This document shows, in pieces, positions 18,879-29,820 of a DNA stretch of 64,000 bases; positions within the stretch are counted from its first letter, which is position 1, and each line of letters opens with the position of its first letter. A model generated the notes under the pieces. It had not been told where the DNA came from and made no database searches. It saw only the letters and a program-made list of their open reading frames with translations. Both the position numbers and the translations under genes were made by a program. The DNA is taken from NCBI GenBank assembly GCA_964013405.1, contig CAXGWI010000006.1, positions 9,266-73,265 on the forward strand, in the 5' to 3' direction. The stretch comes from an uncultured Myxococcales bacterium. GTDB taxonomy: Bacteria; Myxococcota; UBA4151.

Positions 18879-19414
18879 GGTCCCCAGATTCCCAAGCCCT
18901 CTTGGCGGGCGGCCGCTTCGGCCTCCTCATAGGCAAACTGTCGATCAAAGCGCTCGCCGCGAACCCGATAGACTTCGGCCAGGCCCAATCGCAGCAACTC
19001 TTCGTTGAGATCCGATCCATCGGCGAGGCGAAGATAGCAGAGCAAGCGACCAAAACCATCCCGACAAGCGTCGCTGCTCAAGGGGTTCGAGCCACAAGCT
19101 CGGTCAAACTCCAGACCCACTTCGCTGCCGACCCTTCCTTGAGCGTGGGCTTTCGCTGCCTCCGCAAAGGGTTCGGCTGGATCCCCTCGCCGCCCGAACT
19201 CCGGCGTGTCGATCCCCTTGAGGCGCAGTCGGTCAGCGCCAGCCTCCGTCTCGACTTCTAGGGTATCGCCGTCCACCACCCGCAGCACGGTGGCCGGATC
19301 CCGAAAACGCAGCGGCTCTGAGCCGACATCGCCCCCAGTGCCGGCATCAGCCGGAGACAACTCGGCCGCGGCCGAACAGCCGAGCAAAGACAACAGGAGA
19401 AGTAAGCGACTCAT
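18875..19414 (-). CDS. Thermonuclease (SNase-family) lipoprotein
   Basis: Lipobox LLG|C; VDGDT, RLKGIDTPE, DGFGRLL, LNEELLRLGLA, ARQEGLGIW motifs. Confidence 0.93.
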   Translation of the reverse strand: MSRLLLLLSLLGCSAAAELSPADAGTGGDVGSEPLRFRDPATVLRVVDGDTLEVETEAGADRLRLKGIDTPEFGRRGDPAEPFAEAAKAHAQGRVGSEVGLEFDRACGSNPLSSDACRDGFGRLLCYLRLADGSDLNEELLRLGLAEVYRVRGERFDRQFAYEEAEAAARQEGLGIWGP

Positions 19415-19459
19415 GGTGGGTGCCTGCCAGGCCTGAGTGTCCTCGGCAACGTGATGCCA

Positions 19460-20158
19460 CTAGAAGCGATAGCGTTCCGACTCCTGGGCTAAGCGCCTGC
19501 TGAGCCTGCGGGCCTCGGGGATTAAGGTCTCGAGCAAGTGGTGAAACCGGGGACCGTGATTCATCTCCCGCAGATGACAGACCTCGTGGGCGACCACGTA
19601 ATCGACCAGGTCTTCGTCGCAAAGCAGGAGCCGGAGGTTGAGGCGCAGACCGGAGCGGGTCGAGCAACTGCCCCAACGACGGCGCTGATGGGCGATGGTG
19701 ACCGCTGGCATGGGCAGGCCCAGTTGATCACAGAAATAGGCGACTCGGGGCGGTAGGTCCCCCTGGGCTGCCCGGCGATAAAAGGCGACGACGCTTTGTT
19801 GCAAGTCGGCCCGCCGCTCTTGGGCTGACAAGGCCTGGGCCCGGTTGAGCGTGATGATCAACCGATCCCCTTCCCGCCGAGTCGTGGGGCGTCGGGACCG
19901 AGCGCCGCCGGACTCAAGGGAGATTGTGAGCTGCTGCCCAAGATAGCCAAAGGTCTCGCCAGCTTCGTAGTTTCGGGGCCCCCGAGCCACCCGCTCCTGG
20001 GCAATGCGTGCTTGGTGCTTGTCGATCCAGTCACGCCGAGCGTGGAGAAAGTCATCGATGTCTTTTTGCGGCATCCGCAAGGGCGCGCGGACCAAGAGAC
20101 CGCGCTCTGGATGGATCTCCACCGCGAGACTCCGTCGTTTGCTGCGGATGATCTGCAT
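19460..20158 (-). CDS. YgjP/DUF45 (M48-like) metal-dependent hydrolase
   Basis: IIRSKRRSL start, RWGSCS, DYVVAHEVCHL, NHGPRF. Start placed at ATG 20158 (the ORF extends to 20209). Confidence 0.9.
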   Translation of the reverse strand: MQIIRSKRRSLAVEIHPERGLLVRAPLRMPQKDIDDFLHARRDWIDKHQARIAQERVARGPRNYEAGETFGYLGQQLTISLESGGARSRRPTTRREGDRLIITLNRAQALSAQERRADLQQSVVAFYRRAAQGDLPPRVAYFCDQLGLPMPAVTIAHQRRRWGSCSTRSGLRLNLRLLLCDEDLVDYVVAHEVCHLREMNHGPRFHHLLETLIPEARRLSRRLAQESERYRF

Positions 20159-20224
20159 GCTTTCCCTTTGCGCTAGGCCCTCCTTGCGCCTAACAGAGCC
20201 CCCAATCAAGGAAGCCCTTCGCCC

Positions 20225-23200
20225 ATGCCCTCCTTTTCAGACAGCCTCGCCGAGCGGATTCTGGTCATCGATGGCGCCATGGGCACCATGATTCAGGGCT
20301 ACCCCCTCGAAGAGGCTGACTTTCGCGGCGAACGGTTTGCGGACCACAGTCATCCCCTCAAGGGGAACAACGACCTGCTCAGCCTGACACAGCCCGAGAT
20401 CATTCAGGCCATCCACGAAGCTTATCTGCAGGCGGGCGCGGACATCCTTGAGACCAACACCTTCAACGCCAACTCGATCTCCCAGGCCGACTACGCTCTC
20501 GAACCACTGACCTACGAACTCAATCTCGAGTCCGCTCGACTGGCCCGGGCTGCTTGCGAGTCCCAGGGACATGGCTGGGTGGCCGGGGTCTTGGGGCCCA
20601 CCAATCGGACAGCGAGTCTCAGCCCTGACGTCAACCAACCCGGCTTTCGGAATGTCACCTTCGACGACTTGGCGGACACCTATGAAGAGGCCTGTCGTGG
20701 CCTCTTGGATGGTGGTGTGGACCTCCTCCTGGTGGAGACCATTTTCGATACACTCAACGCCAAGGCCGCCCTCTTTGCCATCGAGCGCTTCTTTGAGGCC
20801 CGGGGTGAGCGCATTCCGGTGATGATCTCGGTGACCATCACCGACGCCAGTGGGCGCACCCTGTCCGGCCAGACCGTCGAAGCATTTTGGCACTCCATCC
20901 GACACGTCAACCCAGTGAGCGTAGGGATGAACTGTGCCTTGGGTGCCGAAGAGATGCGCCCTTGGCTCAAAAATCTTGCCCGGGTGGCCGACTGCCCGGT
21001 CTCGGCCCACCCCAATGCCGGCCTGCCCAACGCGCTGGGCGGTTACGATGAACGCCCAGAAGATATGGCTGAGGCCATCGGCCAATGGGCCGAGGAAGGT
21101 TTGCTGAACCTGGTGGGGGGCTGCTGCGGGACCGGTCCTGAACACATCCAAGCCATTGCACAGGCTGTCCAAGGCATCAGCCCCCGCACCATCCCTAGCC
21201 CAGCGAGGCGCTGCCGCCTCTCGGGCCTGGAACCGCTCACCTTCCGCCCGGAACTCAACTTCGTGAACGTGGGCGAACGCACCAACGTCACCGGCTCTGC
21301 TCGCTTCCGCAAGCTGATCAAAGGGGGGGATTATGAAACGGCCCTGACCGTCGCCCGCCAACAGGTCGAAGGCGGAGCCCAGATCATCGACGTCAACATG
21401 GACGAAGGTCTTCTCGACGCCAAAGAGGCCATGGTGACCTTTTTGAACTTGGTCGCAAGCGAACCCGAGATCAGTCGGGTTCCCGTCATGATCGACTCCA
21501 GTCGCTTCGAAGTCATCGAGGCCGGCCTGAAGTGCATCCAAGGTAAAGGTGTCATCAACTCGATCAGCTTAAAGGAGGGCGAGGAAGCCTTCCTCGACCA
21601 AGCCCGCCTGGCCAAGCGATTGGGGGCGGCGGTGGTGGTCATGGCCTTCGATGAACAAGGTCAAGCGGACACCTTGCCGCGCCGCAAAGAAATCTGCGAG
21701 CGAGCCTACCGTTTGCTCGTCGATGCCGTGGGCTTTCCCCCAGAAGACATCATCTTTGATCCCAACATCTTTGCCGTGGGCACCGGCATCGAAGAACACG
21801 CCAACTACGCCATCGACTTCATCGAGGCCACCCGCTGGATTAAGGCCGAGTTACCCCACGCCCTGATTTCCGGTGGCGTGTCCAATCTGAGCTTTAGTTT
21901 CCGGGGCAACAACGGCCTGCGGGAGGCCATGCATGCGGCCTTCCTCTACCACGCATGCCGCGCGGGCATGGACATGGGTATCGTCAACGCAGGGCAACTG
22001 GCCGTCTATGCCGATATCGAAGATGAGCTCCTCGAGCGTATCGAAGACTTGCTCTTCAACCGCCGAGAGGATGCCACTGATCGCCTCCTTGAGGTGGCCG
22101 ACCAGGCCCTGGCTCAAGCCCAAGCCAGTGGTCCGGATCTTTCCTGGCGAGAAGAGGACGTCACCAGCCGCCTTCGTCATGCCTTGGTCAAGGGAATCGA
22201 TGCCTACATCGAAGAGGATGTAGAAGTCGCTCGCCAGGCCGCCGATCGACCTTTGGAGGTCATCGAGGGTCCACTGATGGACGGCATGAATGTCGTCGGC
22301 GACCTCTTCGGCAGTGGCCAGATGTTCCTGCCCCAAGTGGTGAAATCCGCTCGCGTGATGAAGAAAGCGGTGAGTTACCTCCTGCCTTATATGGAGGAAA
22401 GCGGGGACGCCGCGGCCAGCGCCGGCAAGATCCTCATGGCCACGGTCAAAGGCGACGTGCACGATATTGGCAAAAATATCGTCGGCGTGGTCCTCCGTTG
22501 TAATGCCTACGAGGTCATCGACTTAGGGGTCATGGTCCCCGCTGAGACCATTCTCAAACGGGCTGAAGAGGAAGGGGTCGACATCATCGGCCTCTCGGGC
22601 CTCATCACCCCCAGCCTCGACGAGATGGTCCATCTCGCCAGTGAAATGGAGCGACGGGAACTACGGCTTCCCCTGCTCATCGGGGGTGCAACCACGTCGG
22701 CGATCCACACGGCGGTGAAGATTGCCCCAGCCACCGAGAACCCGGTGATCCACGTGCTGGATGCCTCTCGGGCTGTGGGCGTGGCCAGCGACCTGCTCAG
22801 CGACAAGCGGGCCCAGGCCTTCATCGCCGCCAACGAAGACAAGCATGACCGGGAGCGTCGGCGCCATGCGAGCCGCCAAACCGCCGGCAAACTGTTGAGC
22901 TTGGCTGCAGCCCAAGCCAATGCCCCGACCTACGATGAGGCTGGCAAAGGGCCCACCCCCAACAGGGTCGGCCGCCAAGTGCATCTGGATTACCCCTTAG
23001 AACAACTCGTGGCCTGCATCGATTGGACCCCCTTCTTTCATAGTTGGGAGTTGAAAGGTCGTTATCCGGCGATCCTGGATGATGAAAAGCAAGGGGAGAC
23101 GGCCCGCAGCTTGTTCGCCGACGCCCAAGAGATGCTTCGCCGCATCGTCGATGAGGGACTGCTGCAGGCCCAGGCAGTCTACGGCCTGTTTCCTGCAGCC

Positions 23201-23839
23201 CGCCGGGGCGATGACATTCAACTCTTCGATCCCGAATCCGGGGCTGAAACCATGTTGATCCCCTGTTTACGGCAACAACGGGGGCGGAAAAACGCCAACA
23301 ACCTCTGCCTGGCCGATTTCGTTGCTGAAACCGAGGATTTCGTCGGTTGCTTTGCTGTGACAGCGGGCCATGGACTGGACGCGATCGTCGCAGCCTATGA
23401 AGCCGATGACGACGACTATTCCGCCATTTTGGCGAAGGCCCTTGCGGACCGACTTGCGGAGGCCTTCGCTGAACGTTTGCACTTTCAAATCCGCACGGAG
23501 GACTGGGGCTATAGCGATGAGGTCTTCGACAACGAGGCCCTCATCAAAGAGACCTACCGGGGCATTCGCCCGGCGCCGGGCTATCCAGCCTGCCCCGATC
23601 ATTCCGTCAAACCGGCCCTTTTCGAATTTCTCGGCGCCGACGAAATCGGCATGAGCCTGTCGGAAAACCACGCCATGTTGCCGGCAGCTAGCGTCAGCGG
23701 TTTCTACTTCGGCCACGCCGACAGCCGTTATTTTGGCCTGGGGCTCATCACCGAAGAGCAGGCTAAGGACTATGCTGAGCGTCGGGCCATGACCTTAGCC
23801 GACGTCCGCCGCTGGCTCCAACCAAGCCTTGCGGACTAA
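20225..23839 (+). CDS. metH: Cobalamin-dependent methionine synthase
   Basis: DGAMGT, GGCCGT (Zn/homocysteine), GERTNVTGS pterin domain, [10 protein letters not shown]12 motif, [12 protein letters not shown] activation domain. Confidence 0.99.
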   Translation: MPSFSDSLAERILVIDGAMGTMIQGYPLEEADFRGERFADHSHPLKGNNDLLSLTQPEIIQAIHEAYLQAGADILETNTFNANSISQADYALEPLTYELNLESARLARAACESQGHGWVAGVLGPTNRTASLSPDVNQPGFRNVTFDDLADTYEEACRGLLDGGVDLLLVETIFDTLNAKAALFAIERFFEARGERIPVMISVTITDASGRTLSGQTVEAFWHSIRHVNPVSVGMNCALGAEEMRPWLKNLARVADCPVSAHPNAGLPNALGGYDERPEDMAEAIGQWAEEGLLNLVGGCCGTGPEHIQAIAQAVQGISPRTIPSPARRCRLSGLEPLTFRPELNFVNVGERTNVTGSARFRKLIKGGDYETALTVARQQVEGGAQIIDVNMDEGLLDAKEAMVTFLNLVASEPEISRVPVMIDSSRFEVIEAGLKCIQGKGVINSISLKEGEEAFLDQARLAKRLGAAVVVMAFDEQGQADTLPRRKEICERAYRLLVDAVGFPPEDIIFDPNIFAVGTGIEEHANYAIDFIEATRWIKAELPHALISGGVSNLSFSFRGNNGLREAMHAAFLYHACRAGMDMGIVNAGQLAVYADIEDELLERIEDLLFNRREDATDRLLEVADQALAQAQASGPDLSWREEDVTSRLRHALVKGIDAYIEEDVEVARQAADRPLEVIEGPLMDGMNVVGDLFGSGQMFLPQVVKSARVMKKAVSYLLPYMEESGDAAASAGKILMATVKGDVHDIGKNIVGVVLRCNAYEVIDLGVMVPAETILKRAEEEGVDIIGLSGLITPSLDEMVHLASEMERRELRLPLLIGGATTSAIHTAVKIAPATENPVIHVLDASRAVGVASDLLSDKRAQAFIAANEDKHDRERRRHASRQTAGKLLSLAAAQANAPTYDEAGKGPTPNRVGRQVHLDYPLEQLVACIDWTPFFHSWELKGRYPAILDDEKQGETARSLFADAQEMLRRIVDEGLLQAQAVYGLFPAARRGDDIQLFDPESGAETMLIPCLRQQRGRKNANNLCLADFVAETEDFVGCFAVTAGHGLDAIVAAYEADDDDYSAILAKALADRLAEAFAERLHFQIRTEDWGYSDEVFDNEALIKETYRGIRPAPGYPACPDHSVKPALFEFLGADEIGMSLSENHAMLPAASVSGFYFGHADSRYFGLGLITEEQAKDYAERRAMTLADVRRWLQPSLAD

Positions 23840-25050
23840 GGGGCGAGTAACTCGTCAATCTTCGCCTTAAAGTGCTCGAACGGCAGCGCACCGGCGACCT
23901 TGTGTCCATTCAGGAAGAAGTTGGGTGTGCCCCGAGCCCCTACGCGGGCCGCTTCTGCCTTGTCCCCATCGACCTTGGCTCGAATCGCTGGTGATTTCAC
24001 ATCCATACGCCATTGGGCCAGATCGAGGCCAGACACCCGGCCCGCAAGGGTCTCGATTAAATCCGGGTTCAATTGCCGCGAATGCTCAAACAAAAGATCG
24101 TGCATGGGCCAAAAGTAACCTTGAACCCCCGCGGCCTCTGCGGCCCTCGCCGCTAAGTCCGCATGGGCATGAAAGCTCAAGGGTAGGTGGCGAAAGACCA
24201 ACTGGACCTGATCTGGGTAGGCTTCTAGGACCTGCTCCATCACCGCCGCCGCACGCACACAAAACGGGCATTGAAAGTCGCTGAACGAGACGATGGTGAC
24301 CTGGGGCGCCTTGGCGCCGAGGGCCATCGCTCCCTCCCGATGCCGAATCTCCACCGGTCCTTCCGGCTCCGGTGGCGGCCGACGGCGGGCCGGCTTCGCC
24401 TCGACTTCTTTGCGGGCCCCATCAGCGGTCAGCCGATCATAGAGTCCCGCACGCTGGCCCCCATAGTGAAGGTCGACGAGGGCCCGTCCCAAGGCCTCCT
24501 TGACCGCCTCCTCGAAGCGCTCATAGGGCTGGGCCCCAGACATTTTCCGGCCGTTGATGAAGAAGCCCGGTGTCCCCCGAGCCCCCCGGCTCACCGCCTG
24601 CTGCTGCTGGGCCTCGATCCGCTTCTTGAGCGCTGGACTTTCCATGTCCCGCTGGAAGCGGCCTAGATCCAAATTGAGTTCGGCGGCTAAGCGTAAAAAG
24701 AGTTCCTCCCCCAAGTCTCCTTGCTCCTCAAAAAGGCGGTCATGCATGGGCCAGAACTGCCCCTGAAGCCGGGCTGCCTCGGCCGCTAAGGCGGCCGGCA
24801 TCGCTTGTTTGTGAAAGGCGAGGGGGTTGTGGAAGAAGACGACGCGCAGGTCAGCAGCCATCGGGCTCTTCAGGAGTTTTTTGAGCGTCCCATCAGCCCG
24901 CTTGCAAAACGGACATTGAAACTCGCTGACGACCACAAGGGTGACCAGGGCATCGCTGGGTCCAATGCTGGGCTCATCAGCGACCGGGAAGTGGTAAACC
25001 ACTGGATTGGCGCTGGCGAAGACCAACAGCGTGCCGAGTAGATAGGACAT
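23836..25050 (-). CDS. DsbA-family protein with two thioredoxin domains
   Basis: Two FQCPFC sites, HNPL/HLPL.FH motifs, two GTP.FF cis-Pro loops; signal-like N-terminus. Confidence 0.92.
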   Translation of the reverse strand: MSYLLGTLLVFASANPVVYHFPVADEPSIGPSDALVTLVVVSEFQCPFCKRADGTLKKLLKSPMAADLRVVFFHNPLAFHKQAMPAALAAEAARLQGQFWPMHDRLFEEQGDLGEELFLRLAAELNLDLGRFQRDMESPALKKRIEAQQQQAVSRGARGTPGFFINGRKMSGAQPYERFEEAVKEALGRALVDLHYGGQRAGLYDRLTADGARKEVEAKPARRRPPPEPEGPVEIRHREGAMALGAKAPQVTIVSFSDFQCPFCVRAAAVMEQVLEAYPDQVQLVFRHLPLSFHAHADLAARAAEAAGVQGYFWPMHDLLFEHSRQLNPDLIETLAGRVSGLDLAQWRMDVKSPAIRAKVDGDKAEAARVGARGTPNFFLNGHKVAGALPFEHFKAKIDELLAP

Positions 25051-25089
25051 GAGAAAACTCCCGGTGATCTAAGGGGGCATCACCCCAGG

Positions 25090-25122
25090 AAAAACAAAAG
25101 ACCCCCGGCTTCCCAGGGGTCT
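25090..25122 (-). terminator. Rho-independent terminator after the three-domain DsbA gene
   Basis: The minus strand reads AGACCCCUGG-GAAG-CCGGGGGUCU then UUUGUUUUU: a 10-bp stem with one U-G pair, a tetraloop and a U tract. Confidence 0.8.
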
Positions 25123-25156
25123 CTCGTTAAGCTTGCTATGGGGACTGACGAAGCAA

Positions 25157-27175
25157 TCAGCCACCCTTCTTCTTCAGAGCCGCATCAATCTTCGCTTTGA
25201 AGGTCTCAAAGGGAAGCGCACCGGCGATATGTTCACCGTTGATGTAGAAGTTGGGCGTCCCGCGAGTTCCGGTCCGGGTGGCTTCGGCCTTGTCCGCGGC
25301 CACCTTGTCCTTCACCGCCTTGGACTCCCGATCCTTCTCCCACTGGGCGAAGTTCAATCCCTTGATGCCCTTGGCGAGTTCGTCGATCTTCTCCGGGCTC
25401 AGCTGCCGATAGTTGGCAAAGAGTGCATCATGCATCTCCCAGAACTTGCCCTGGTTGTTGGCGGCCTGGGCTGCCCGAGCAGCCAACTCTGCATTCTTGT
25501 GGAAGGAGAGGGGCAGGTGCTTAAAGACGAAGCGAACCTTGTTTCCATAGGCCTTCTTGATCTGCTCGACGACCCGTGCCCCCTTTTCACAGAAGGGGCA
25601 TTCGAAGTCGCTGAACTCGTAAATTGTGACCGCAGCGTTTTTGGGGCCGAAGCCCACATCCATGGGGTGATTCTTGACCTTGACCGGGCCCTTGGGCTTG
25701 GGCGGTGCGCCAGCGGGTCCGCCGCCACCGACACTCTTGCCTGCTTCGGCTTTCGCCACCGCAGCGGCGGCCTTGGCGAGGGGCGTCCCCTTCTTGATCT
25801 CCGCATCAACCTTCTTTAGCTCCGCATCGATGATGGTCTTGAAGCTTGCGAAGGGCATGGCGCCCCGCACGGGCACACCATTGACATAGAAGTTGGGGGT
25901 TCCCCGGGCACCGATCTTCATGCCTTCAGCCTGTTGAGCTTTCACTAAAGTCTTGAGGGCCGGGTCCGCCATGTCCTTCTTGAAGCGGCCCATATCCAAG
26001 CCGATCTTCTTCGCAATGGCGTCGTAGCGAGCCTGGTTCAGGCCGCCCCGAGGGGTCTTGAAGAGCTCGTCGTGCATGGGGAAGAATTTGCCCTGCCGGC
26101 CGGCCGCTTCGGCGGCAATAGCTGCTGCCTCAGCGTTCTTGTGAAAGCCAAGGGGGTTGTGCCGGTACTCGAAGTACACGTCTTTGGGGTAGTTCTTCAT
26201 GATCTCTTCGACGACCTGGGCACCGCGGGTGCAGTAGGGGCATTCGAAGTCGCTCCACTCGATGAGGTGGATCTTTGCAGGCCAGGCGCCTTTACCCCGA
26301 GGGGCTTTGGCGCTAGCCGTGAGGTTGATCCGCTTTTCCGCCGGGCGGCTGGGCCGCTTCGGCTGGGCTTTGGGATCGAATTTATTCTTCGCCCGCACCC
26401 GCTGCGTGGCGCCGTTCTTGATCAACTCGTTGTAGATATTCTCTGGTGCGACGCCCTTGGCCTGCTGAATCTTCGCCAGGGTCAGACCCACCTCAACGAG
26501 TTCTTCGAACTTCGCCAAGGGCTGGGCACCGCTGAGCTTGCGTCCATTGATGAAGAAGCTCGGGGTACCACCGGCACCCAACTTACGGGCCAGGGCTTGC
26601 TGGTCCTTGATCTTCTTCTTCAAGCCCTCGTCTTTCATGTCGGCTTGGAACTTGGCCTTATCCAGGCCCAGTTCTTCCGCATACTTCTCGAGATCGGGGA
26701 GCTTCAGGGCTTTCTGGTTGGCGAAGAGCTTGTCGTGCATCTCCCAGAACTTGCCTTGATTGCCCGCAGCTTCAGCGGCCAGCGCCGCGTTCATGGCGTT
26801 TTTGTGGAAGCTCAGCGGATTGTGGAAGAAGGCAACTCGGATGTCCTTGCCATACTTACCCGTGGTCAGGTCCTTGATGGTGGGCCCAACCTTAGAGCAG
26901 AAGGGGCATTCAAAGTCGCTGATCTCAATAATCGTGACCAGCGCATCCTTGGGACCTTTAACCCGGGCTTCACCCAACTCAACCTTGTAGACCGGCTCAT
27001 CGTTTGAGCAGGCCTTAACCAGCGGGCTGTCGCAGGCGTCAGCGCTCTTCCCGGCGGCTACAGTGTCAGCCCCTGACGACCCCCTGTTCAACTGCGTGCC
27101 AACAAAAACACCCAGGCCCGCGGCCACCAACAGACTAAAAATCTTGAGGCCGAAGCCGCTACTATCTTGCTGCAT
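25157..27175 (-). CDS. Membrane-anchored DsbA-family protein with three thioredoxin domains
   Basis: N-terminal TM; three active sites ECPFC, ECPYC, ECPFC; three GTP loops. Confidence 0.93.
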   Translation of the reverse strand: MQQDSSGFGLKIFSLLVAAGLGVFVGTQLNRGSSGADTVAAGKSADACDSPLVKACSNDEPVYKVELGEARVKGPKDALVTIIEISDFECPFCSKVGPTIKDLTTGKYGKDIRVAFFHNPLSFHKNAMNAALAAEAAGNQGKFWEMHDKLFANQKALKLPDLEKYAEELGLDKAKFQADMKDEGLKKKIKDQQALARKLGAGGTPSFFINGRKLSGAQPLAKFEELVEVGLTLAKIQQAKGVAPENIYNELIKNGATQRVRAKNKFDPKAQPKRPSRPAEKRINLTASAKAPRGKGAWPAKIHLIEWSDFECPYCTRGAQVVEEIMKNYPKDVYFEYRHNPLGFHKNAEAAAIAAEAAGRQGKFFPMHDELFKTPRGGLNQARYDAIAKKIGLDMGRFKKDMADPALKTLVKAQQAEGMKIGARGTPNFYVNGVPVRGAMPFASFKTIIDAELKKVDAEIKKGTPLAKAAAAVAKAEAGKSVGGGGPAGAPPKPKGPVKVKNHPMDVGFGPKNAAVTIYEFSDFECPFCEKGARVVEQIKKAYGNKVRFVFKHLPLSFHKNAELAARAAQAANNQGKFWEMHDALFANYRQLSPEKIDELAKGIKGLNFAQWEKDRESKAVKDKVAADKAEATRTGTRGTPNFYINGEHIAGALPFETFKAKIDAALKKKGG

Positions 27176-27314
27176 TCATTCACTCCAAAGAATCAAAGCC
27201 GACGCCTGCTCGCGCAAGGCGGGCGGCGCTCCATAAGGAGAGGGTGGGCTTGGGTCAACCGGAACCGCCGTTGGCAGCAGGTATTCCGGACCGAAAGCCG
27301 GGCTCGAAAACCGA

Positions 27315-28337
27315 TTACTGGAGCAGCTCGGCGTAGACGTCCAAGTGCTCGACGGCGACCAGCACCCCTTGAACCACCGCATGCAGCGGGTTTTCGGCCC
27401 GCCGCACGGGCAGCCCGTGGGTGACCTCGTGGAGGTGGTCATCAAGGCCCAAGAGGTTCGACCCTCCTCCCGCAAGCAGGATGCCGTGCTCGATCAGATC
27501 GGCGGCCAACTCGGGTGGCGTGTCCTCGAGGACGCTTTTTACCGCACCGTCGATGTCTTCGACACAGCCGCTGATCGCATCGCGAATCTCCGCGCTGGTC
27601 ACGGTGATGCTACGGGGCACACCGGCCCGGATGTGCCGCCCCCGGACATCGATCTCGAGCTCCTGGGACAGAGGATGGGCGCTGCCGATCTTCATCTTGA
27701 TCTTCTCGGCGGTGGACAGGCCGATCATGATTTCATGGCCCTCTCGGATCGCCTGCTGAATCGCGACATCCAAGGCATCCCCGGCCACCCGCAACGTTTT
27801 GTACGCAGCCATGGCCCCTAAGCTGATGACCGCCACATCCGTGGTGCCGCCGCCGATGTCGACGATCATGCTCCCCCGTGGCTCATTGACGGGCAATCCA
27901 GCCCCGATGGCCGCGGCCATCGGCTGTTCGATGAGGTGGACCTCCTTCACGCCGGCTTTGAGCGCTGCATCGCGCACCGCCTTCGTCTCCACCTGGGTGA
28001 TGCCGGCCGGCACGGAGATGAGGATCCGGCTTCTCAGCGGTACCCGGCCCGTGGCCTTACGGATGAAGTGCCGAATCATCTCCTCGGTCACATCAACGTC
28101 GGAGATCACGCCCTCACGCATGGGGCGAATGGCCTGAATCGTCGATGGTGTGCGGCCGAGCATCTCTTTGGCTTCTCGGCCGACGGCCACAACCTGGGTC
28201 GGTCGAGCCCCCTTGCGGATCGCCACCACACTCGGCTCGTCGAGTACGATCCCCTGTCCACGCACGGCCACCACCGTATTGGCGGTGCCAAGGTCGATGG
28301 CGAGATCAGTGGTAAACGGGAATCCCCACCAGGCCAA
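27315..28337 (-). CDS. mreB: MreB-family actin-like protein (stand-alone, probably a paralog)
   Basis: DLGTANT, EPSVVA, DIGGGTTD, TAEKIK, PPELAAD, LAGGG. TTG start 28337 behind GGAGG. No mreC/mreD adjacent. Confidence 0.9.
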   Translation of the reverse strand: MAWWGFPFTTDLAIDLGTANTVVAVRGQGIVLDEPSVVAIRKGARPTQVVAVGREAKEMLGRTPSTIQAIRPMREGVISDVDVTEEMIRHFIRKATGRVPLRSRILISVPAGITQVETKAVRDAALKAGVKEVHLIEQPMAAAIGAGLPVNEPRGSMIVDIGGGTTDVAVISLGAMAAYKTLRVAGDALDVAIQQAIREGHEIMIGLSTAEKIKMKIGSAHPLSQELEIDVRGRHIRAGVPRSITVTSAEIRDAISGCVEDIDGAVKSVLEDTPPELAADLIEHGILLAGGGSNLLGLDDHLHEVTHGLPVRRAENPLHAVVQGVLVAVEHLDVYAELLQ

Positions 28338-28435
28338 AGGCTCGATCCTCCAGAAGTCCAGCCGCCAATTCGAAGACCGGAGCCCTCCTGTCAACGACCC
28401 ATTGGGAAATGTCTAAAGCCTAGCGTAGGAGATAG

Positions 28436-29095
28436 GTGAGAAAACCCATGCCGAATCCTTGGAAAGAGTGGATTGAGCGGGCCCAGGATCTGGGTTTTAC
28501 AGAAGCACCTTCACGCTCCCCTGAACAGATGGCGAGAGCATCCGATTCAAGGCCAGAGCGAACACAGCATCGCGCTGCACAGCCCCCCCTTGAACCTAAA
28601 CCTGTAGGGTTCCTGTCCCACATCTCGGGTCAGGGTGACCCGAACTCCGACTTGGTCATTATCGTAGCCCCGGACCCATCCGACCCCCATGGCGACCCAC
28701 TGAGTGAGCCCGCTGATCTGTTACTGACAGCGATGATCGAAAAAGGTCTCAACGTAGCACGAAGTTCGATCTATATTATCCAACTCACTGATCCTCATGC
28801 CTCGAAGCTTACAGGCTCGATGGCCAGCACAGAGGTTGTGGCGACCCAAGAGCTTCAGAACCACGTCGTCAAACTACACCCGAAAGCGATTCTAACGCTG
28901 GGAATCAAGGCCTTAGATTATGTACAGCCTGGTTCAGATAATATCCATCAGCGACGAGGCCAGTGGTTTGACTACCAAGGTACCCCGACCCTCCCAACCC
29001 ATCATCCGAGCTACCTTTTGAGACAGCCAGAAGAAAAACGTGCCGCTTGGCAAGATCTGCAGGCATTGATCCTTCATCTGGGGTGGTCTCGATGA
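28436..29095 (+). CDS. Uracil-DNA glycosylase family 4-like protein, apparently catalytically degenerate
   Basis: C-terminal half matches UDG-F4 (PKAILTLG, RGQW, PTHHPSYLLRQPEEKRAAWQDL), but motif A GE(A/G)PG is missing and the protein has no Cys. Start may be ATG 28448. Confidence 0.7.
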   Translation: MRKPMPNPWKEWIERAQDLGFTEAPSRSPEQMARASDSRPERTQHRAAQPPLEPKPVGFLSHISGQGDPNSDLVIIVAPDPSDPHGDPLSEPADLLLTAMIEKGLNVARSSIYIIQLTDPHASKLTGSMASTEVVATQELQNHVVKLHPKAILTLGIKALDYVQPGSDNIHQRRGQWFDYQGTPTLPTHHPSYLLRQPEEKRAAWQDLQALILHLGWSR

Positions 29096-29820
29096 TCCTT
29101 CTCTTCTCGCTCATGTTGGCCAACCCCGTCGACGGCCCGACTCGAACACAAATTCAGGTGGAGGCCCTCGGCCAACCAGATCATCGGGGGGAACTGCAGG
29201 CCGAACTGGCTCGGGTGCGCAGTGAACTGGCTGAGCTGCAGGCTGTGGTGGCCGCCATGCCCGATGGCCCGACAAAGGATCAGGAATTGGCCCGCCTGCA
29301 GGAATTCGAGTCGCTCACCCAGCGCCTAAATCAGCGCATCGCTGAATTGCCAACAGCGAGTTCCCCCCCTGAGGCCTCGAAGCCCCCCATCAAGGTGACG
29401 CCCATCGAGATCGTGCCAAAAGACGGGTCACCGGCTCGCCCCCCCCTGCTGTTTCTTGGACTCGGCCTGCTGCTCGGCGTCCTGCTGGCTGCCCTGGCCT
29501 GGCCGCGCATGCTCGACCCCAGTCAGGCGCCTCATGCCCCTCCAGGCCCCGGTCGACTGGTCGTCACCGCCGGCATTTTAGGGGCCCTTGGCCTGAGTCT
29601 TCCCAGCCTAGGATACGCCCAAGATCCCATCTTGTTCTTGTGGATGGCCCTCTCCGCTGGCCTGCTTATTCGTCTCTCGGGTCTTTCCCTTGGTTCCCAG
29701 ATGCAGCGGTTTCTGCTAGATCGCAGCCGCCCTTTGAAGAGGTCCCATGAGCAATCAAGACCAACTGGTTCAAGCGATCACCCAGGAAGTGGAGAAGCGC
29801 CTGCAGGCGATGAGGCCTGA
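29092..29820 (+). CDS. Hypothetical membrane protein (signal, coiled coil, about 3 TM)
   Basis: ATG 29092 overlaps the upstream TGA; heptad-rich segment then hydrophobic helices; the 3' end overlaps deoC by 74 nt. Confidence 0.6.
   Translation: MILLFSLMLANPVDGPTRTQIQVEALGQPDHRGELQAELARVRSELAELQAVVAAMPDGPTKDQELARLQEFESLTQRLNQRIAELPTASSPPEASKPPIKVTPIEIVPKDGSPARPPLLFLGLGLLLGVLLAALAWPRMLDPSQAPHAPPGPGRLVVTAGILGALGLSLPSLGYAQDPILFLWMALSAGLLIRLSGLSLGSQMQRFLLDRSRPLKRSHEQSRPTGSSDHPGSGEAPAGDEA

Noticed and set aside
20159..20224. Cobalamin or SAM riboswitch upstream of metH
   Set aside because: The divergent gap is only about 66 nt and shows no recognisable aptamer motifs.
20237..21541. Long antisense or alternative-frame ORFs (e.g. 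20237-21541, 26072-27007, 30583-31539, 32364-33251, 52552-53460, 10664-11590)
   Set aside because: They shadow well-supported genes, have no recognisable motifs, and are expected from high-GC codon bias.
29092..29820. Possible truncated MscS channel (hydrophobic helices ending ...LLDRSRPLK)
   Set aside because: Resemblance to the MscS TM3/RPF..GD motif is too weak and no beta-domain follows; left as hypothetical.
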